Shown here: piece by piece, positions 51,935 to 61,468 of the stretch
Numbering within the stretch: the stretch's first letter is position 1
Layout of the letters: every line of letters starts with the position of its first letter
Origin: an uncultured virus (IMG/VR IMGVR_UViG_3300006484_000009)
Taxonomy: Duplodnaviria; Heunggongvirae; Uroviricota; Caudoviricetes
Virus record (IMG/VR): IMGVR_UViG_3300006484_000009
DNA: 64,000 nt
Strand: one strand, 5' to 3'
The notes under the pieces: generated by a model
Told to the model about the DNA's origin: nothing
The model's database searches: none
Seen by the model: only the letters and a program-made list of their open reading frames with translations
Position numbers and translations under genes: made by a program

Positions 51935-52345
51935 TTATTTTGATTGACTGTCGGCAATTAACTTATTAATTCTATTTCTACCTTTCTCTCCGATTGGTAT
52001 TGGATTACCTTCTTCATCAATTTGTACAAATTTTATATGTGTTTTTAAAACTAAAACTTGTTTCCCAGTATAAACATTATGGGCCCTGGCTTCCATGTAT
52101 AACGTTACAGATGAATTACCAACTTGCGTTGGGTAACCATAGATTTTAAGTAACTGACTTTCTCTAGCTGGCTTCTCAAAGATACATTTATCAATTGATA
52201 CAGTCACCATTCTAGGTGTATCACACAATTGCATTGAATATGCAGCAGCTGCCGCATCAATCCAAGCCAATAGTTTACCACCGAACAAATTACCATGGAA
52301 ACCTAAGTCTGATTTTTTAATTGGGTGTTGGTTTAATTGTTCCAT
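51935..52345 (-). CDS. Acyl-CoA thioesterase (YciA-like hotdog fold)
   Basis: DLGFHGNLFGGKLLAWID, VGNSS, FVQIDEEGNP. Confidence 0.9.
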   Translation of the reverse strand: MEQLNQHPIKKSDLGFHGNLFGGKLLAWIDAAAAAYSMQLCDTPRMVTVSIDKCIFEKPARESQLLKIYGYPTQVGNSSVTLYMEARAHNVYTGKQVLVLKTHIKFVQIDEEGNPIPIGEKGRNRINKLIADSQSK

Positions 52346-52848
52346 TATTTTAACACTTGTTTTATTTTATTAACATACCCCTCTAGTAATACAATCTTTC
52401 TTCTAATACTAATCTTATCCATATCCGCCAACATTCTTAAGTAATCGTTTAATTCATCTAATTGGTTAAATTCTTCTTTTAAAAGTTTAGATGCTTCACT
52501 TTCCATTAATTCTGCCATATTGAGTTTATCTGAAATGTTTAATTTTTTATCCCATTTTTCAACAACTTCAGGAAATGTGTTTTTAATTGCGTTCTGTTGT
52601 CTGATTGGTATATCACTTTCCATTAATCCTGATAAATTTACCTTTTGTGTTTTGAAAGTCATATCTTTATCTAACCCATCTAATAACCCAGTAGCTTCCC
52701 ATTTTTTTATGGTTTTCTCTCGTTCCCATATTTTTATAAATGACTCAATTGTGGGTGTATATATTCTTCTCTCCCACTCTTCAAAACTTATATGTGGTTC
52801 TTGATTTACAAATAAGTAATTTTCATATTGTGTTCTTAATGTTGCCAT
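52345..52848 (-). CDS. Hypothetical protein containing segments resembling the capsid N-terminus
   Basis: KKWEATGLLDGL and NMAELMESEASKLLKE vs gp23 SKWESLGFLEGL and NVAQLYENQASSILTE. Confidence 0.75.
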   Translation of the reverse strand: MATLRTQYENYLFVNQEPHISFEEWERRIYTPTIESFIKIWEREKTIKKWEATGLLDGLDKDMTFKTQKVNLSGLMESDIPIRQQNAIKNTFPEVVEKWDKKLNISDKLNMAELMESEASKLLKEEFNQLDELNDYLRMLADMDKISIRRKIVLLEGYVNKIKQVLK

Positions 52849-52851
52849 AAT

Positions 52852-53049
52852 TTATTTTTTATTTTGATTGACTGTCAATTGTTGGGGTCTTTCCACCCAT
52901 TCTTTATATGAATAATCATATATAGAACCGTCACTAGATTCTAGTATAAATCTAGTACTAGATTTAAATCTTTCAATATCTGTCCAATCAGATATTTCAA
53001 TATCTTTAAGGATATCACCTACTGGGTTTAATAATTTTAATTTAATCAT
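52852..53049 (-). CDS. Small hypothetical protein
   Basis: ORF track. Confidence 0.65.
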   Translation of the reverse strand: MIKLKLLNPVGDILKDIEISDWTDIERFKSSTRFILESSDGSIYDYSYKEWVERPQQLTVNQNKK

Positions 53050-53052
53050 AAT

Positions 53053-54306
53053 TTAATTGCTTAGTGGTGCTTTAATTGTTGGGTGTGATTGGTAGTCTTT
53101 TAAGATAAATCCATCTAACTCGTAATTATCAATATATGTTTCTTTTTCATATTTGAAAAATAATTTTGGTAGTGTATATGGTTCTCTTGTTCGTGTTGGT
53201 ATATTCCATTGGTCAATTTCAGAATGCGATAATGTACTACTGTCTCCACCGTTATAAATTTGATTAAACATTTCTTGATTAACCATCGCTCTTCGTTCAT
53301 CTAAAGTTAACTCTCTACCAATCTGTTCCTTTGCTTGTTCAACATGATTCAAATACAAATGTGTATCACCCAAGTTACCAATCAATTCATCAGGAACCAT
53401 ATTGACTTCCTTAGCAATGATTTCTAATAACAAACCATAAGATGCAATATTGAATGGTAAACCTAAGAATGTATCTACTGAACGTTGATTCCACATTAAA
53501 GAGATTGCTCGTTTAGGAATGTTAAATGAGTTTAGTTTTTTATGACCTTCATAACTTTCTACATAATCAATCTCCCACATTCCTCGTTTGCCTGTTTCAT
53601 TTTGATTTTGTTGATACCATAGTTCAATACGTTCTTCCAAACTCAACACTCTTGTAAAAAACTGAAAATCTGTATGACAAGGGGGTAATACCATTTCATT
53701 TAATTCACCAACATTCCAAGCAGAAACTCTATTGCGTCTGGAGTCTGGGTCTGTTTTAAGTAAATTGATTGCGTTTTGTATTTGGTCTGTTCCTTTAATA
53801 CCGTAACCTCTTTCTTCAGTTTGAGGCTCATAACCCCAATTTCTCCATTGTTTACCATACACTGGACCTAATTCACCCCACTTGTTAGCAAACTCATCAT
53901 TAGTTTTTATTTTATTAATAAATTCTTCTTGTGTTAATAATCTTGAAGTTGCATTATAAATAGGTCCTTCTACAATAACTATATCTTTATTAATTTCTAA
54001 ATTAAGATTTATGTTTTGATTTTTGTTAATAAAATTTTTATACGCATCACCATCCCAAATGTGACAATTATTATCAATAAGATATTTAATGTTTGTATCA
54101 CCACGTAAAAACCACAACAATTCTGTTACAATTCCTTTGAAATACATCTTTTTTGATGTAATCAGTGGAAAACCATCTGACATCTTGTGTCTGATTTGCC
54201 TTCCGAATACAGATATCGTACCTGTTCCAGTACGGTCTTGCTTGGTTACTCCGTTATCTAGGATATCTTGGAGTAGGTCTGTGTATTGTTTATCTAGTTT
54301 GTTCAT
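53053..54306 (-). CDS. thyA: Thymidylate synthase with insertions
   Basis: DRTGTGT, ELLWFLRG, LGPVYG.QWR, LPPCH, QRSVDTFLGLPFNIASY, DTHLY.NH. Confidence 0.95.
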   Translation of the reverse strand: MNKLDKQYTDLLQDILDNGVTKQDRTGTGTISVFGRQIRHKMSDGFPLITSKKMYFKGIVTELLWFLRGDTNIKYLIDNNCHIWDGDAYKNFINKNQNINLNLEINKDIVIVEGPIYNATSRLLTQEEFINKIKTNDEFANKWGELGPVYGKQWRNWGYEPQTEERGYGIKGTDQIQNAINLLKTDPDSRRNRVSAWNVGELNEMVLPPCHTDFQFFTRVLSLEERIELWYQQNQNETGKRGMWEIDYVESYEGHKKLNSFNIPKRAISLMWNQRSVDTFLGLPFNIASYGLLLEIIAKEVNMVPDELIGNLGDTHLYLNHVEQAKEQIGRELTLDERRAMVNQEMFNQIYNGGDSSTLSHSEIDQWNIPTRTREPYTLPKLFFKYEKETYIDNYELDGFILKDYQSHPTIKAPLSN

Positions 54307-54320
54307 TTTAAATATTTTGT

Positions 54321-54449
54321 TTTATAGTCTAGCACTATTAATATTGCTTCTCTTATTTTTTCATCATGTGTTGATTCATGTAGTAATTTTAACGTCTTAT
54401 CAAAATCATCTATAAGATATGTATCGTATTGTTTATCTAGGCTGTTCAT
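54321..54449 (-). CDS. Small ORF (42 aa) starting with a copy of the thyA 5' end
   Basis: MNSLDKQYDTYLIDDF...; not in ORF track. Confidence 0.55.
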
Positions 54450-54666
54450 TGTATTTTTTTATAAACCATTTAATTCCTGTTATTTTATGAAGGTAGTATA
54501 AAACAATCTTTTTCTTATTTTTAGTCCATATTTTTCTTGTTCCATTCTTATCTGAAAATATCATATATGGTGTTTCAATTAGGATATAAGGTGTATAGAC
54601 TATTTTAGATTCGACAATCCTTTCCTCCATCGTAATATTAATAGTCGGTATTTCTTCTTTATTCAT
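54433..54666 (-). CDS. Hypothetical protein
   Basis: ORF track. Confidence 0.65.
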   Translation of the reverse strand: MNKEEIPTINITMEERIVESKIVYTPYILIETPYMIFSDKNGTRKIWTKNKKKIVLYYLHKITGIKWFIKKYNEQPR

Positions 54667-55090
54667 TAGTTGGGTTAAAATATTTTTCTATTTTATTAAC
54701 TAAATTCATTAGTTTTGTTTCTTTGAATTCAGAATTGGTGTCAAAATCAGTAATGATTAATTCCATATCATCGATTATGGATTGTTGTTTTAATCTAAGT
54801 TCTTCTTGTTTAAGTTTATCAATTTCTTCTTCAATAACTTTAGCATCAACAACATCACCTTTTTCAACTGAGTGTAATTTTATATGTGAATTTAGAATAA
54901 TACCCTGACTTTCTGCGGTTTCAAATCGTAAATAATCAGATGGTGAAACATCCATGTAGGTATATTGTGCACCACGCTTGAATGTAATTGTTAATCTTTT
55001 AGATTCTTTATCATACTTTGATGATAAAATATTTGATGAGTCATAAGTTGCCTCAATCAAATTTTCAGTTTGTTTTCTTTTTAATAGCAT
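54659..55090 (-). CDS. KTSC-domain protein
   Basis: SSNI...YD...LTITFKRGAQYTY.DV...AESQG. Confidence 0.8.
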   Translation of the reverse strand: MLLKRKQTENLIEATYDSSNILSSKYDKESKRLTITFKRGAQYTYMDVSPSDYLRFETAESQGIILNSHIKLHSVEKGDVVDAKVIEEEIDKLKQEELRLKQQSIIDDMELIITDFDTNSEFKETKLMNLVNKIEKYFNPTNE

Positions 55091-55296
55091 AATTTATTAC
55101 TTGTTTTATAAGCTTTTATTTCTGATAAATTAAATACGTTATGGACATTATCTCCGTCAGCAGTAATAATTACAATTAAAAATCCATTACTTAAAAATAT
55201 TCTAGCATCATAATATTTGATATTCGTTATCGATACCCTCTGACTATCATTATATTTTAAAATTTCAACTGATTTGTAATACACTCCATTTTCCAT
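55081..55296 (-). CDS. Small hypothetical protein
   Basis: ORF track; TATATTTG promoter element at 55324-55331. Confidence 0.65.
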   Translation of the reverse strand: MENGVYYKSVEILKYNDSQRVSITNIKYYDARIFLSNGFLIVIITADGDNVHNVFNLSEIKAYKTSNKLCY

Positions 55297-55403
55297 AATT
55301 ATCATTTAAACTTTACTTACGTGCAAATATACTGATATTTATTTAAAAAAACAATAGTTGATTTTTACAAAAAAAATAAGTACTTTTAACAAAATTTTTT
55401 AAT

Positions 55404-57923
55404 ATGAATAGAGAGATTATACCAAAATTAAAAATCATTATCGGTGAAGCTGTTAAAGAAGCTCGATTGATGGATGATACACTAGTAAAGCCAGAACACA
55501 TACTAATTTCAATAATTAATGACAATGATAATGCGTGTTCAGATACATTAAAAAGTCTAGGACTTAATTTAGTATTACTTAATGATTGTTTAATTCTTGA
55601 AGTTAGAAATTCAAATCTAACACCTAGAATTGATAATAGCACTAAAGTAACCGTACCTTTTAGTAAAGAAAGTAAATTATTATTTAAAGCTGTTGATTTT
55701 GAATCTAAAAGTTTAGGTGATAACCACATAGACACAACACACATCATGATGGCTATGTTAAATACAAATAACAAATTAAATATTAGAAAATTATTAAATA
55801 GTACTGGGATTTATTATGATAAATTTATAAGCGCAGTTAAACAAATACGAGATATGTTGAATGAAGAAAATAATTCATCAGATGATGAAAGTGAATTTGA
55901 TTATTCTAATAGTGAGAATGATAGAAAAGATAAAAAACCAAAAAGAAGTGCACCTAGTAAAACACCAGTTCTAGATAATTTCTGTACCGATATTACAAAA
56001 TTAGTTGATGAAAATAAAATTGACCCAGTTGTTGGTAGAAATAAAGAAATTAAAAGAGTTACTCAGATTTTATCAAGGAGAAAGAAAAATAATCCAGTAT
56101 TAATCGGTGAAGCTGGTGTTGGTAAAAGTAGTATTGTTGAGGGTATCGCATTATTAATTAAAAGTGGGTCAGTACCCAGAACATTAATGGGTAAAAAAAT
56201 CTATTCATTAGATTTGGCATCAGTTGTTGCTGGTACTAAATACCGAGGTCAATTTGAAGAGCGAATTATAGCTATTTTAGATGAACTAAAAGTTAATACT
56301 GATATAATCTTATTCATTGACGAATTACACACCTTTATAGGTGCTGGAAATGCATCAGGTTCGCTAGATGCATCAAACATATTCAAACCAGCATTGGCTA
56401 GAGGTGAAATTCAAGTAATTGGTGCAACAACATTAGATGAATTTAGAGAGCACATCGAAAAAGATAGTGCATTAACTAGAAGATTCCAACAAGTATTGGT
56501 CGAAGCAACTACCGTAGAAGAAACTAAAATTATCTTAAATAATATTAAAGATAAATATGAAAAATACCATAAAGTAACTTATACACCTGAAGCTATTGAC
56601 GAATGTGTTAAAATGGCTGATAGATATATTACCGATAGAGCTATGCCAGATAAAGCAATTGATGTTTTAGATGAAGCTGGTGCAAGTACAAATATTGCAC
56701 ATGAACTTCCAGAAAATATTAAAAAACTAGAACTTAAAAAAGATGACATATTAAAAAAGAAATTAGAGGTTGTCCAAAAACAAAAATACGAAGAAGCTGC
56801 TGAACTTAGAGATGAGGAAAGAAAGGTGAATGAAGATTTAGACAAAGCTAAAAAGAATTGGATAGAATCTTTAGATAAAAAAAGAACAATAATTGATGTT
56901 AATTTAATTGCTGAAACAGTATCAACAATGACTGGAATTCCATTAAGTAAAATCTCCTCACAAGAGAATAAAAAACTTATGTCAATGGATAAGGATTTGA
57001 TGGGTAAAGTAATTGGTCAAGATGATGCAGTACTTAAAGTGATTAAAGCTATCAAAAGAAATCGTTTAGGTATTAGAAATAGAAATAAACCAATCGGTTC
57101 ATTTATTTTCTTAGGACCAACTGGTGTTGGTAAAACACATTTAAGTAAATTATTAACTGAAGAGATATTTGGTGATTCAGATGCATTAATTCGTATTGAT
57201 ATGAGTGAATACATGGAAAAACATTCAGTATCTAAATTAATTGGTTCACCTCCAGGATATGTTGGGTTTGAACAAGGTGGTCAATTAACTGAAAAAGTTA
57301 GAAGAAAACCATATTCAGTTATTTTATTTGATGAAATTGAAAAGGCACATGATGATGTATTCAATATCTTACTACAATTACTAGATGAAGGTCAATTAAC
57401 TGATAGTTTTGGTAGAAAAATAAACTTCAAAAATTGTCTAATAATACTTACATCAAATGTTGGTGCTAAAGAATTGACTAGCTTTGGTAAATCTATGGGG
57501 TTCCAAACTGATTCTGTTATTTCTAATGAAGAAGAAAGAACTCGTTCAATTATTGAAAAAGCACTTAAAAAGAAATTCAAACCAGAATTCTTAAATAGAC
57601 TTGATGAAATTATAGTCTTTAATAGCTTAAAAGAGGAAGATATTCATAAAATAATCTATAACGAACTTGATAAATTAAAAGAACGTGTATTAGAAATGGG
57701 TTATAATATTAAAATAAATAAATCAGCTATAGAATTTGTTGCTAAAAATGGGTATGATGAAGCTTATGGTGCCAGACCATTAAATAGAGCAATCCAAAGA
57801 TACATTGAGGACCCAATTGCTGATGAAATTTTAAGTGGTAATTTCAAGGAAGGTGAAACTATAAACATAACCTTAGATAAAACCAAAAACGAAATAGTAA
57901 TCAAAGGAGATAAAACTAAATAA
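55404..57923 (+). CDS. clpC: ClpC/ClpB-family AAA+ chaperone
   Basis: Clp-N repeats, GEAGVGKS and GPTGVGKT Walker A motifs, UVR-like QKYEEAAELRD, IDMSEYMEKH. Confidence 0.92.
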   Translation: MNREIIPKLKIIIGEAVKEARLMDDTLVKPEHILISIINDNDNACSDTLKSLGLNLVLLNDCLILEVRNSNLTPRIDNSTKVTVPFSKESKLLFKAVDFESKSLGDNHIDTTHIMMAMLNTNNKLNIRKLLNSTGIYYDKFISAVKQIRDMLNEENNSSDDESEFDYSNSENDRKDKKPKRSAPSKTPVLDNFCTDITKLVDENKIDPVVGRNKEIKRVTQILSRRKKNNPVLIGEAGVGKSSIVEGIALLIKSGSVPRTLMGKKIYSLDLASVVAGTKYRGQFEERIIAILDELKVNTDIILFIDELHTFIGAGNASGSLDASNIFKPALARGEIQVIGATTLDEFREHIEKDSALTRRFQQVLVEATTVEETKIILNNIKDKYEKYHKVTYTPEAIDECVKMADRYITDRAMPDKAIDVLDEAGASTNIAHELPENIKKLELKKDDILKKKLEVVQKQKYEEAAELRDEERKVNEDLDKAKKNWIESLDKKRTIIDVNLIAETVSTMTGIPLSKISSQENKKLMSMDKDLMGKVIGQDDAVLKVIKAIKRNRLGIRNRNKPIGSFIFLGPTGVGKTHLSKLLTEEIFGDSDALIRIDMSEYMEKHSVSKLIGSPPGYVGFEQGGQLTEKVRRKPYSVILFDEIEKAHDDVFNILLQLLDEGQLTDSFGRKINFKNCLIILTSNVGAKELTSFGKSMGFQTDSVISNEEERTRSIIEKALKKKFKPEFLNRLDEIIVFNSLKEEDIHKIIYNELDKLKERVLEMGYNIKINKSAIEFVAKNGYDEAYGARPLNRAIQRYIEDPIADEILSGNFKEGETINITLDKTKNEIVIKGDKTK

Positions 57924-57924
57924 T

Positions 57925-57951
57925 TAAAAACCCACAATTGTGGGTTTTTTT
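57925..57951 (+). terminator. Intrinsic terminator
   Basis: AAAAACCCAC-AATT-GTGGGTTTTTT. Confidence 0.8.
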
Positions 57952-57965
57952 ATATATTTATAATT

Positions 57966-58355
57966 ATGATTGAAGAAATTCTAAATAATAAGTTTTCAGA
58001 CTATTTAACAGGTCTAGATATATACGAAGATGGTAAGAGTATAAAACTAGCTAGAATCGTAATTAAAGATGAATTTAGAGGTAGTGGTGTTGGGTCAGAT
58101 ATAATGAGTGACTTAATAAATTACGCTGATAATAATAAAAAGATTATAACCTTAACACCATCATCTGATTTTGGTGGTAATAAAAATCGACTTATTCAAT
58201 TTTATAAAAGATTCGGATTTAAACCGAATAAAGGTGTTCATAAAAGTTATGAATATATGGATGTGATGATTAGGTGGCCTAAAATAAACGAAGGGTCCCC
58301 AACGAAGACCCTTATCAAAGATTTACTTAGAGAAAGTTTAATTAATTTTAGATAA
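57966..58355 (+). CDS. GNAT acetyltransferase
   Basis: FRGSGVGS, LIQFYKRFGF; late motif at 57954. Confidence 0.85.
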   Translation: MIEEILNNKFSDYLTGLDIYEDGKSIKLARIVIKDEFRGSGVGSDIMSDLINYADNNKKIITLTPSSDFGGNKNRLIQFYKRFGFKPNKGVHKSYEYMDVMIRWPKINEGSPTKTLIKDLLRESLINFR

Positions 58356-59033
58356 TTTATTTTTAATACCCACTATATAATGGTGATTACTAATTTTATG
58401 ACCAGAATTGATGTAACTTTGATACCCACCTGGCCCAGCATTATATTTAACTAGTGCATTTTCAGGTAAACCAGATTTCATATTTCTATTCATCATATAA
58501 CCCCAAAACACTAAATTATTATTTTTATTTGATAACCATTTAACTGATTGTGAATATGTAGTAGGTTTAACTAAGGTTGAATCACCACTCAAATATCTAA
58601 ATACTTTGATATCATTATCAGTAACTAATTTAGTCATTATTGCTAGACCAGATTTAGGTGATATTTGAGCAATACCAATATGACCACCACTACCAACATT
58701 TACCACACCATTTTTATAATGCTTTGAACCAGACTCAATGATTATTTGACCGACAAATAATTTAAATCCTATCTGAGTGGTATCCAGATTATAAAATTCA
58801 CAAACCTTTATAAATTGTGTTACAGTTTGCGAATCAATTTCTGGATTGTAATGACTAAATGCTTTATATGCAAAAGTATAATTAGGGTCAATTGTGATAA
58901 TACTATCTTTTGATTCTTTAGTACTATCAAAATCATAACTTTTATTAGTTAAAATTGTTGGCTTACCATTAGGTATAATTAAACTTGTTGATACAAAAAT
59001 CGCTAAAAATAATAGTTTATTTAAATTTTTCAT
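58338..59033 (-). CDS. Secreted/membrane-anchored lytic transglycosylase (SLT-like)
   Basis: N-terminal signal, IIIESG, GIAQI, ALVKYNAGPG. Confidence 0.75.
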   Translation of the reverse strand: MKNLNKLLFLAIFVSTSLIIPNGKPTILTNKSYDFDSTKESKDSIITIDPNYTFAYKAFSHYNPEIDSQTVTQFIKVCEFYNLDTTQIGFKLFVGQIIIESGSKHYKNGVVNVGSGGHIGIAQISPKSGLAIMTKLVTDNDIKVFRYLSGDSTLVKPTTYSQSVKWLSNKNNNLVFWGYMMNRNMKSGLPENALVKYNAGPGGYQSYINSGHKISNHHYIVGIKNKLSKIN

Positions 59034-59046
59034 ATATTTTTTTTTA

Positions 59047-59078
59047 CAAATATACTAATTAATTATCATATTTGCAAA
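59047..59078 (-). promoter_or_regulatory. Bacteroidota-type promoter TTTG-N20-TATATTTG
   Basis: -33 and -7 elements with canonical spacing. Confidence 0.7.
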
Positions 59079-59161
59079 TATATCAGATACTTGAGGTATA
59101 TACAATAAAATAGCCGTGGATATAAATACCCACAGCTATAGTTTTAATTTAAAATTAAATA

Positions 59162-59362
59162 TTACTTATTACCTTTAGCGATTTCTGAAATCGTTTTTTC
59201 TAATTTAGCGATTTTAGATTCTAACAAACTAGCTTTTTTAGCTTCTTGCTCAGCAATCCATTCACCTTTCTTTTTCTCAACCGCTTCTTTTACGATGTTA
59301 TCGATTAAATCAACTAACGCTGATTCTTTGATTTGTACTGTTTTGTTTGTGTTTTTTGACAT
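59162..59362 (-). CDS. Small coiled-coil late protein
   Basis: ORF track; late motif at 59403. Confidence 0.75.
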   Translation of the reverse strand: MSKNTNKTVQIKESALVDLIDNIVKEAVEKKKGEWIAEQEAKKASLLESKIAKLEKTISEIAKGNK

Positions 59363-59446
59363 GTCTTAAAGTTTATAAAAATTTTTATTACTCTTGTATA
59401 TTATAAATATAACATTTTTAACAAAAAGACAAAATAAAAATAAAAA

Positions 59447-59971
59447 TTAGCACAATTTATCAGCACCCTTGGTTGCAGCCCACGCATCAGGTTTAACTTT
59501 AAAATCATACCCCATACCTAACATATAACCAACCGCTTCACTTAACGCTTTATTAGAATCAAATCTAACATCTGGATTTATATCAGCATGTATCTCAAGT
59601 TTAATATCATATAAATCTAATAACGGTGAAATTTCACAAGCAATCTCAATTGTTTTAGCAACTTCCTTCATCATTCGTTCCTTAACACCTTCTTTACCTT
59701 TCTTTTGTGTTGCATCAAAATATGCACCACCGATTACCATACCACCTTTACCTTGGTGAATATCTCTACCAAATTTATCTTTACCAATATTTTCAGTTAA
59801 TGCAACAACTATAGCTGTCGCAAATTGGTATCCAACACCTCTTCTTTTTGAGTCAGTACCAATACATACTTTTATCCCATAACCTTTTGCCATTTCTTCT
59901 TCAAATATTTTTTCTAAATATTCAACTATTGGTTCATTAATAAACCCTTTTGAAACTCTCTTCCATTTCAT
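59447..59971 (-). CDS. RNase H-like YkuK-family protein
   Basis: IGTDS, RMMKE, EIHADIN, KPDAWAA..AD. Confidence 0.85.
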   Translation of the reverse strand: MKWKRVSKGFINEPIVEYLEKIFEEEMAKGYGIKVCIGTDSKRRGVGYQFATAIVVALTENIGKDKFGRDIHQGKGGMVIGGAYFDATQKKGKEGVKERMMKEVAKTIEIACEISPLLDLYDIKLEIHADINPDVRFDSNKALSEAVGYMLGMGYDFKVKPDAWAATKGADKLC

Positions 59972-60015
59972 AACTTTTAATTTTTAATTTTTTTATCAAT
60001 AAAAAACCCCCAGTG

Positions 60016-61416
60016 TTATTGGGGGTTCGTTATAATTGTATTCGGTAGTAACCGCCTCAATTTATTATAATTCTCATCCCCTATATCTTTTATGCTAACC
60101 GCAACTCTATGTAACTTCCCACCATTCGACTTATCTAAATATTTAATCGTATCTGGAATATCAATAATTCTATTACCCAAAATATTTAAAAATATTAAAT
60201 TTTTAAGATTACCAATCTCTCTGGGTATCGTGGTTAGTTTATTATCTCTAACCACCATGACCTCAAGATTTGGTAATGAACACACCGATGGGTGTATAGA
60301 TACCAAATTGGTATTATGCATCTCCAGTGTCTCCAAATTTTTAAATCTACTTAAATCTCCCATTTTAGGTACTTCTCTATCTCTAAATATTATTATAGGT
60401 GTAGTATCTTCGATTACCTCAAATAAACTATCACTAAATCCAAATTTAATTAAATGGTTTAAATATGTATTATTACCGATAGACCTAACCATCTTTGACA
60501 AGTTAATTAACTCATCATGGAAATAATTACTTAAACCATCACTATGCATCAAAACAGAATCAAATATTCCACTATTTTGAATTGTGTTTTTTCTATTCTT
60601 AACCTGGTTACTTTCAAAATGTATCTGATACAATGTATCATCATTTAATTCACCATTAAAAAACTCATTGTTAATAATTATGTAGATTTTCGATTTTTTA
60701 CCATTTGGTGTCTTATAATTTGTTGTATAATTCTGAAACATACCATTCCCAGATTTACACGTACACCAATTGGCAAATGAATCAAATACTACACTAGCAT
60801 CCCTAGTTAAAGGGATATAAACTGTGTATTTCCTATCTCTAACACCTATTTCAGCTTGACCAGAGTCAACAAATTTATATAATAATCGTTCAATACCAGA
60901 AGCATCCCTAACAATAAATGGGTCAACAGCATCAAATAATTGACTTAATGATTTATACTGATTTATATCAGTTGGGTCACTTAAATCTTTTAATATATAA
61001 CTACCACTACATAAATTTTTAAATTTTTGTTTTCTTTTATTCCCTTCAAATATTTCTAAATATTCTTTAGCCAATGGCAAATCTTCAACAACAAATCTAA
61101 TAGCCTCAATTATTTTATCTGATTTTAATAACCTATTAAAAGTTGTTAACATCCATTGAGTATACATCTTGTTTAGTGTTGGGTCTGAATCAATCATAAC
61201 ATCAAAAATGTGTTTTGATATGCTAAAATTCTTCTTTACCTTATCACCAACCTCAATAGAAGATATCAATGCTAAACAGATTTCATCATCAGACTTAACT
61301 TTAGTAACATCATAACCATTACCATTAAGTTTCACAATCTTTGTCTCTAAAATTTTAGTGTCAAAAATGTCAAACTTATCTGATAAAAATTGTAACCTAT
61401 CTGTTATTGATGTCAT
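60016..61416 (-). CDS. Protein with C-terminal leucine-rich repeats
   Basis: NLETLEMHNTNL, LPNLEVMVVRDNKLTTIPREIGNLKNL..LNILGNRI; promoter element at 61434-61441. Confidence 0.8.
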   Translation of the reverse strand: MTSITDRLQFLSDKFDIFDTKILETKIVKLNGNGYDVTKVKSDDEICLALISSIEVGDKVKKNFSISKHIFDVMIDSDPTLNKMYTQWMLTTFNRLLKSDKIIEAIRFVVEDLPLAKEYLEIFEGNKRKQKFKNLCSGSYILKDLSDPTDINQYKSLSQLFDAVDPFIVRDASGIERLLYKFVDSGQAEIGVRDRKYTVYIPLTRDASVVFDSFANWCTCKSGNGMFQNYTTNYKTPNGKKSKIYIIINNEFFNGELNDDTLYQIHFESNQVKNRKNTIQNSGIFDSVLMHSDGLSNYFHDELINLSKMVRSIGNNTYLNHLIKFGFSDSLFEVIEDTTPIIIFRDREVPKMGDLSRFKNLETLEMHNTNLVSIHPSVCSLPNLEVMVVRDNKLTTIPREIGNLKNLIFLNILGNRIIDIPDTIKYLDKSNGGKLHRVAVSIKDIGDENYNKLRRLLPNTIITNPQ

Positions 61417-61468
61417 TTATTTAAATTTAAAAACAAATATACTAAATCTAAAGTAAAATATCAAGTAA

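Noticed and set aside
1660..60526. Many short antisense or overlapping ORFs in the track (e.g. 7642-7992, 25239-25661, 42900-43289, 55343-55774, 60092-60526)
   Set aside because: Shadow ORFs opposite well-supported genes, with no motifs or expression signals.
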